Below, in pieces: positions 35,455 to 38,385 of a DNA stretch of 38,385 nt (position 1 is the first letter of the stretch; each line of letters starts with the position of its first letter). The notes beneath the pieces were generated by a model. That model ran no database searches. It was not told the origin of the DNA and worked only from the letters and a program-made list of their open reading frames with translations. The stretch lies in assembly GCA_025603075.1 (NCBI GenBank), contig MU626442.1, positions 1 through 38,385 of the forward strand, given 5' to 3'. The position numbers and the translations under genes are program-made. Source of the stretch: Neoconidiobolus thromboides FSU 785 (lineage: Eukaryota > Fungi > Entomophthoromycota).

Positions 35455-35784
35455 TTTAATGTAACTGTTCAAAGTAATTATTAGTGGCGTAATGGAATAT
35501 AACGATATTAAAAAATATAAAAGTGAAAGACTTTAAAGTTAACTTTTGATTATTTATATCTCAATTTCTTTTAGAATTTTTATTCACTAAATGTTGGATG
35601 AAATTAATTAACTCATTCATTTTTTCATGGTTACTTGAGTCATTTGTTTTTTGTCTGTATAAATATTTATAGGATTCCAAATGTGAAATTAATAAGAATA
35701 TTATTTAAAAATAACTCATTATTTAAAAATAGTAATTGAAATAAAGATACAAAACGTGGTATTAAATAGTTATTAATTTTTTTA

Positions 35785-35808
35785 AGCTTATTAGCTTATT
35801 AGCTTATT
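35785..35808. repeat. (AGCTTATT)x3 tandem repeat
   Basis: Direct reading of the sequence. Confidence 0.8.
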
Positions 35809-35989
35809 ATATTTATTTATTTTCTTATAACATTAAACTTCAAATTTTGGACTCAAAATATCAAAATAATAATTAAGGCATTGTATATTATTGAGATGTT
35901 AACTTTATTCCTAAATAAAAACTTGGGACTCTTTACCTTTTAAAATTTTATTAAAATTTAATTTAAAAAACCAATATCTGAAATGATAT

Positions 35990-36700
35990 CATATTAATGG
36001 TGTTAATACTAGACTATAAAAATTTAAGTCTAATTGACAAGCAGTCTACTGGCTAGTTGAGTTCATAACTATTGATTGGCTGGTAATCAAATCATAGCAA
36101 TTATACCTTGAAATAAACCAATTATCTCCTACTTTTGTAAAAAAGCTATGACTTGATCAAAAATCCAAGAACATAAAAAAATTCAATTTAACTTGATTGA
36201 TTTTAAAATGAAATCTAGTGAAAAAGTATAAAAGAGACTAAAATTCGTTATTCGCTTATTACTTTAGTTATTAACATTAACATATAAGAATTGAATGAAG
36301 TGTATGAAAAACCATTTTCAGCAAGCAGGCGCTTGATAGGTATTGAAAATATAAGACATCTAGCCATTTTGAAGTTGCTTTAGTGATACATTTTGTGTTC
36401 TTTAAAATGCACACCAAAGGAAGCTTACTACTTTTCAAGTAGTAAATTATTCTTTGGGACACATCTAGTGGTCTCCCTTCACTGGTTTTGATGATAATTT
36501 GTTATTCTAAACAAGTAAATGCTAAAATATCTAAATTTGATATAATCCCTTATACATTCCATTAAACTGACTTGATACATTTGCTTTATTCAGTGATTTT
36601 TCAACTGATGTATATAGTTTTTGATGATTTGATAGAATTTGAAAGAATAAAATATAACTTTAAATTGTAAAAAGCTTCATTTTGAATTTAGCGTTATTTT
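35990..36700 (-). mobile_element. Possible highly decayed non-LTR retrotransposon 3' region
   Basis: Frame NQ*RETTRCVPKNNLLLEK...ARCLIF...ENGFHTLH..C loosely resembles the zf-RVT region (W..lPtn..L....C..C...E...H...C); many stops. Confidence 0.25.
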
Positions 36701-37001
36701 TGCTACTACCATATTGTATATAATTTTATTTAATATCAAATGCAAAAAAGATTCAAATCATAACTGAACAGACCTTATAAGGGGGTTAAAGAGAGAACAA
36801 AATATTCCAATACGACTAAAACAAAAGGTTGTCAATCTAGAAGAATTAGTAGATTGTAAGTTTTTAAAACAAACCTAAATTTAAAACCTAAAAAAATAGA
36901 CTGAATATAAATTGTAAGATCCGCTACACAGCTTGAAAAGAAATCTAGGCTGGGTTGGATGAGTAATAAGATATAAACTATTAGTTTTATTATTATTAGA
37001 A

Positions 37002-37108
37002 ATATGAGGATGTTCCTTTTGGTTTCATCACTTTTTCCATTTTTTAAGTGTTATTTGAGCGGGAAGATTATTAGTAAAGTTCTTAAACACAAAAATACGT
37101 CCCCATAT
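37002..37108 (+). mobile_element. MITE copy 14 (orientation A)
   Basis: ATAT-GAGGATGTTCCTTTTGG...CACAAAAATACGTCCCC-ATAT. Confidence 0.92.
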
Positions 37109-37199
37109 ATTATCAAAGTTTACTATTGATAATAATAATAAACTTAATCAAGCAAAGTATAAAATTAGTGTTTTAGGGAAAACAGGAAATAAAATCAAC

Positions 37200-38385
37200 A
37201 AGTAGTGTTATTATTAACTATAGCTTCAGTATATTCTTTTGATGAATGTAAAAGTTTTGGGCTCAATAGAAATAGAAATCAATATGATTATTAAAAAATA
37301 AGTAATAATAGTAATAAAATATCAACGTTACAACCTATTATTAAAAATACAAAAAAATTAAAGATGACCAAATTCAAACTATTATACAACATTTACTAAA
37401 TGATCCAACTATTTCATCAAGATTTAATAAAAAAATAATGATAGTAAATATTTATCAGATGATATATATATTAAATATAAGTAGAAGAATGATATACAGT
37501 AAATATTTTAATGATTTGAAAGATAAAGCAGTGGCTAGGTCAATGTCTTTTAAATATATATCAAATAATCTCAAAAATACAGCAAGAAAAACGGATCTAT
37601 ATAATATATGTGTCCAACCTATAGTTAGAAAAAAGTTATTCAAAAATAAAATAAATACAACAATAAAAAACAAAGAAGAGATAGAAGAAATTTTCAATCA
37701 AGAAGAAAAGTTGTACAAATTACATAAATTCTGTGTTGATATTCAAAAAAACACATTTAATGAAACTATTAAAAAATTAAATAACAAAAGCTGTATAATA
37801 ATTTTAGATTTAAACAAAATATGAAAATAGGAACAAGATCAGATTCAATAACTTTAGATTATTATAATAAACAAGCTATATCAGTATTAGGTTTTAGTGT
37901 TTTATATTTAAAAGATGACAAAACAATAGGCAAAGTTTACTTTGATTATTTATCTGAAATATTAAATCATGATTCAGTATATGCAGGAGATTGTTTAATC
38001 AATTTAATCTCTACAGAGCTTTTATTTAAAAAGTTTACAGAAATTAATATATGGGCAGATACAGGAAATCATTTTAGATCCCAAGGGCTCCTACATTATA
38101 TATTTAAACAAATTCACAAAATAAATAGTAATTTAAATATTGATCTTGATTTTTTGCTGAGCATCATGGAAAAAGTATAGTTGATGGACATTTTGGAAAT
38201 CTTCCAAAATGGAAAAGTAGTTTTGAAGTATCAGGTAAAATAGAATATATCAATCAATTAATTTGAAGGTTTGAAATTTTTATTTGCGAACATAATAAAA
38301 TTAATAACTCAACTGTTAATAATGGGAAAACAGATATGATTTTTAAAAAGTATGAAAGAAACAAAAATACAAAAAGAACAATAGA
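37200..38385 (+). mobile_element. Frameshifted Sola-like DDD transposase, running off the window end
   Basis: After correcting single-base frameshifts: RKTDLYNIC (cf. TDxCxxC), IIILDFKQNMKIG (D1), YYNKQAISVLGF, ILNHDS, IWADTGNHFRS (D2), FFAEHHGKSIVDGHFG (D3). Confidence 0.72.

Overview
AT-rich eukaryotic DNA with short (~50-90 bp) GT-AG introns, consistent with an early-diverging fungus (inferred from gene content and intron style; the species cannot be determined from the sequence). Recognisable genes: secreted class-3 lipase, FAAH-like amidase, LIS1/PAC1 WD40 protein, Rix7/NVL AAA ATPase, mitochondrial monothiol glutaredoxin Grx5, MAPEG/MGST3, TTP/TIS11-type tandem CCCH protein, Psh1-like RING E3, LEA_2 membrane protein, a secreted propeller-like protein and two orphans. 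The most striking content is transposon-related. (1) A ~100-bp MITE family has 14 copies in 38 kb: one young copy frameshifts an otherwise intact amidase, five form a partly palindromic array at 26.0-26.7 kb, and the family shows CpG-decay-type variation. (2) An intact 533-aa gene fuses a coiled coil to an IS630/Tc1-type transposase whose first two catalytic Asp are replaced, a candidate domesticated transposase, with a MITE copy ~300 bp upstream. (3) A frameshifted Sola-like DDD transposase runs off the right end. Several decayed coding relics fill the remaining gaps. No rRNA, tRNA or CRISPR was found. All calls come from manual motif reading; no database searches were run.
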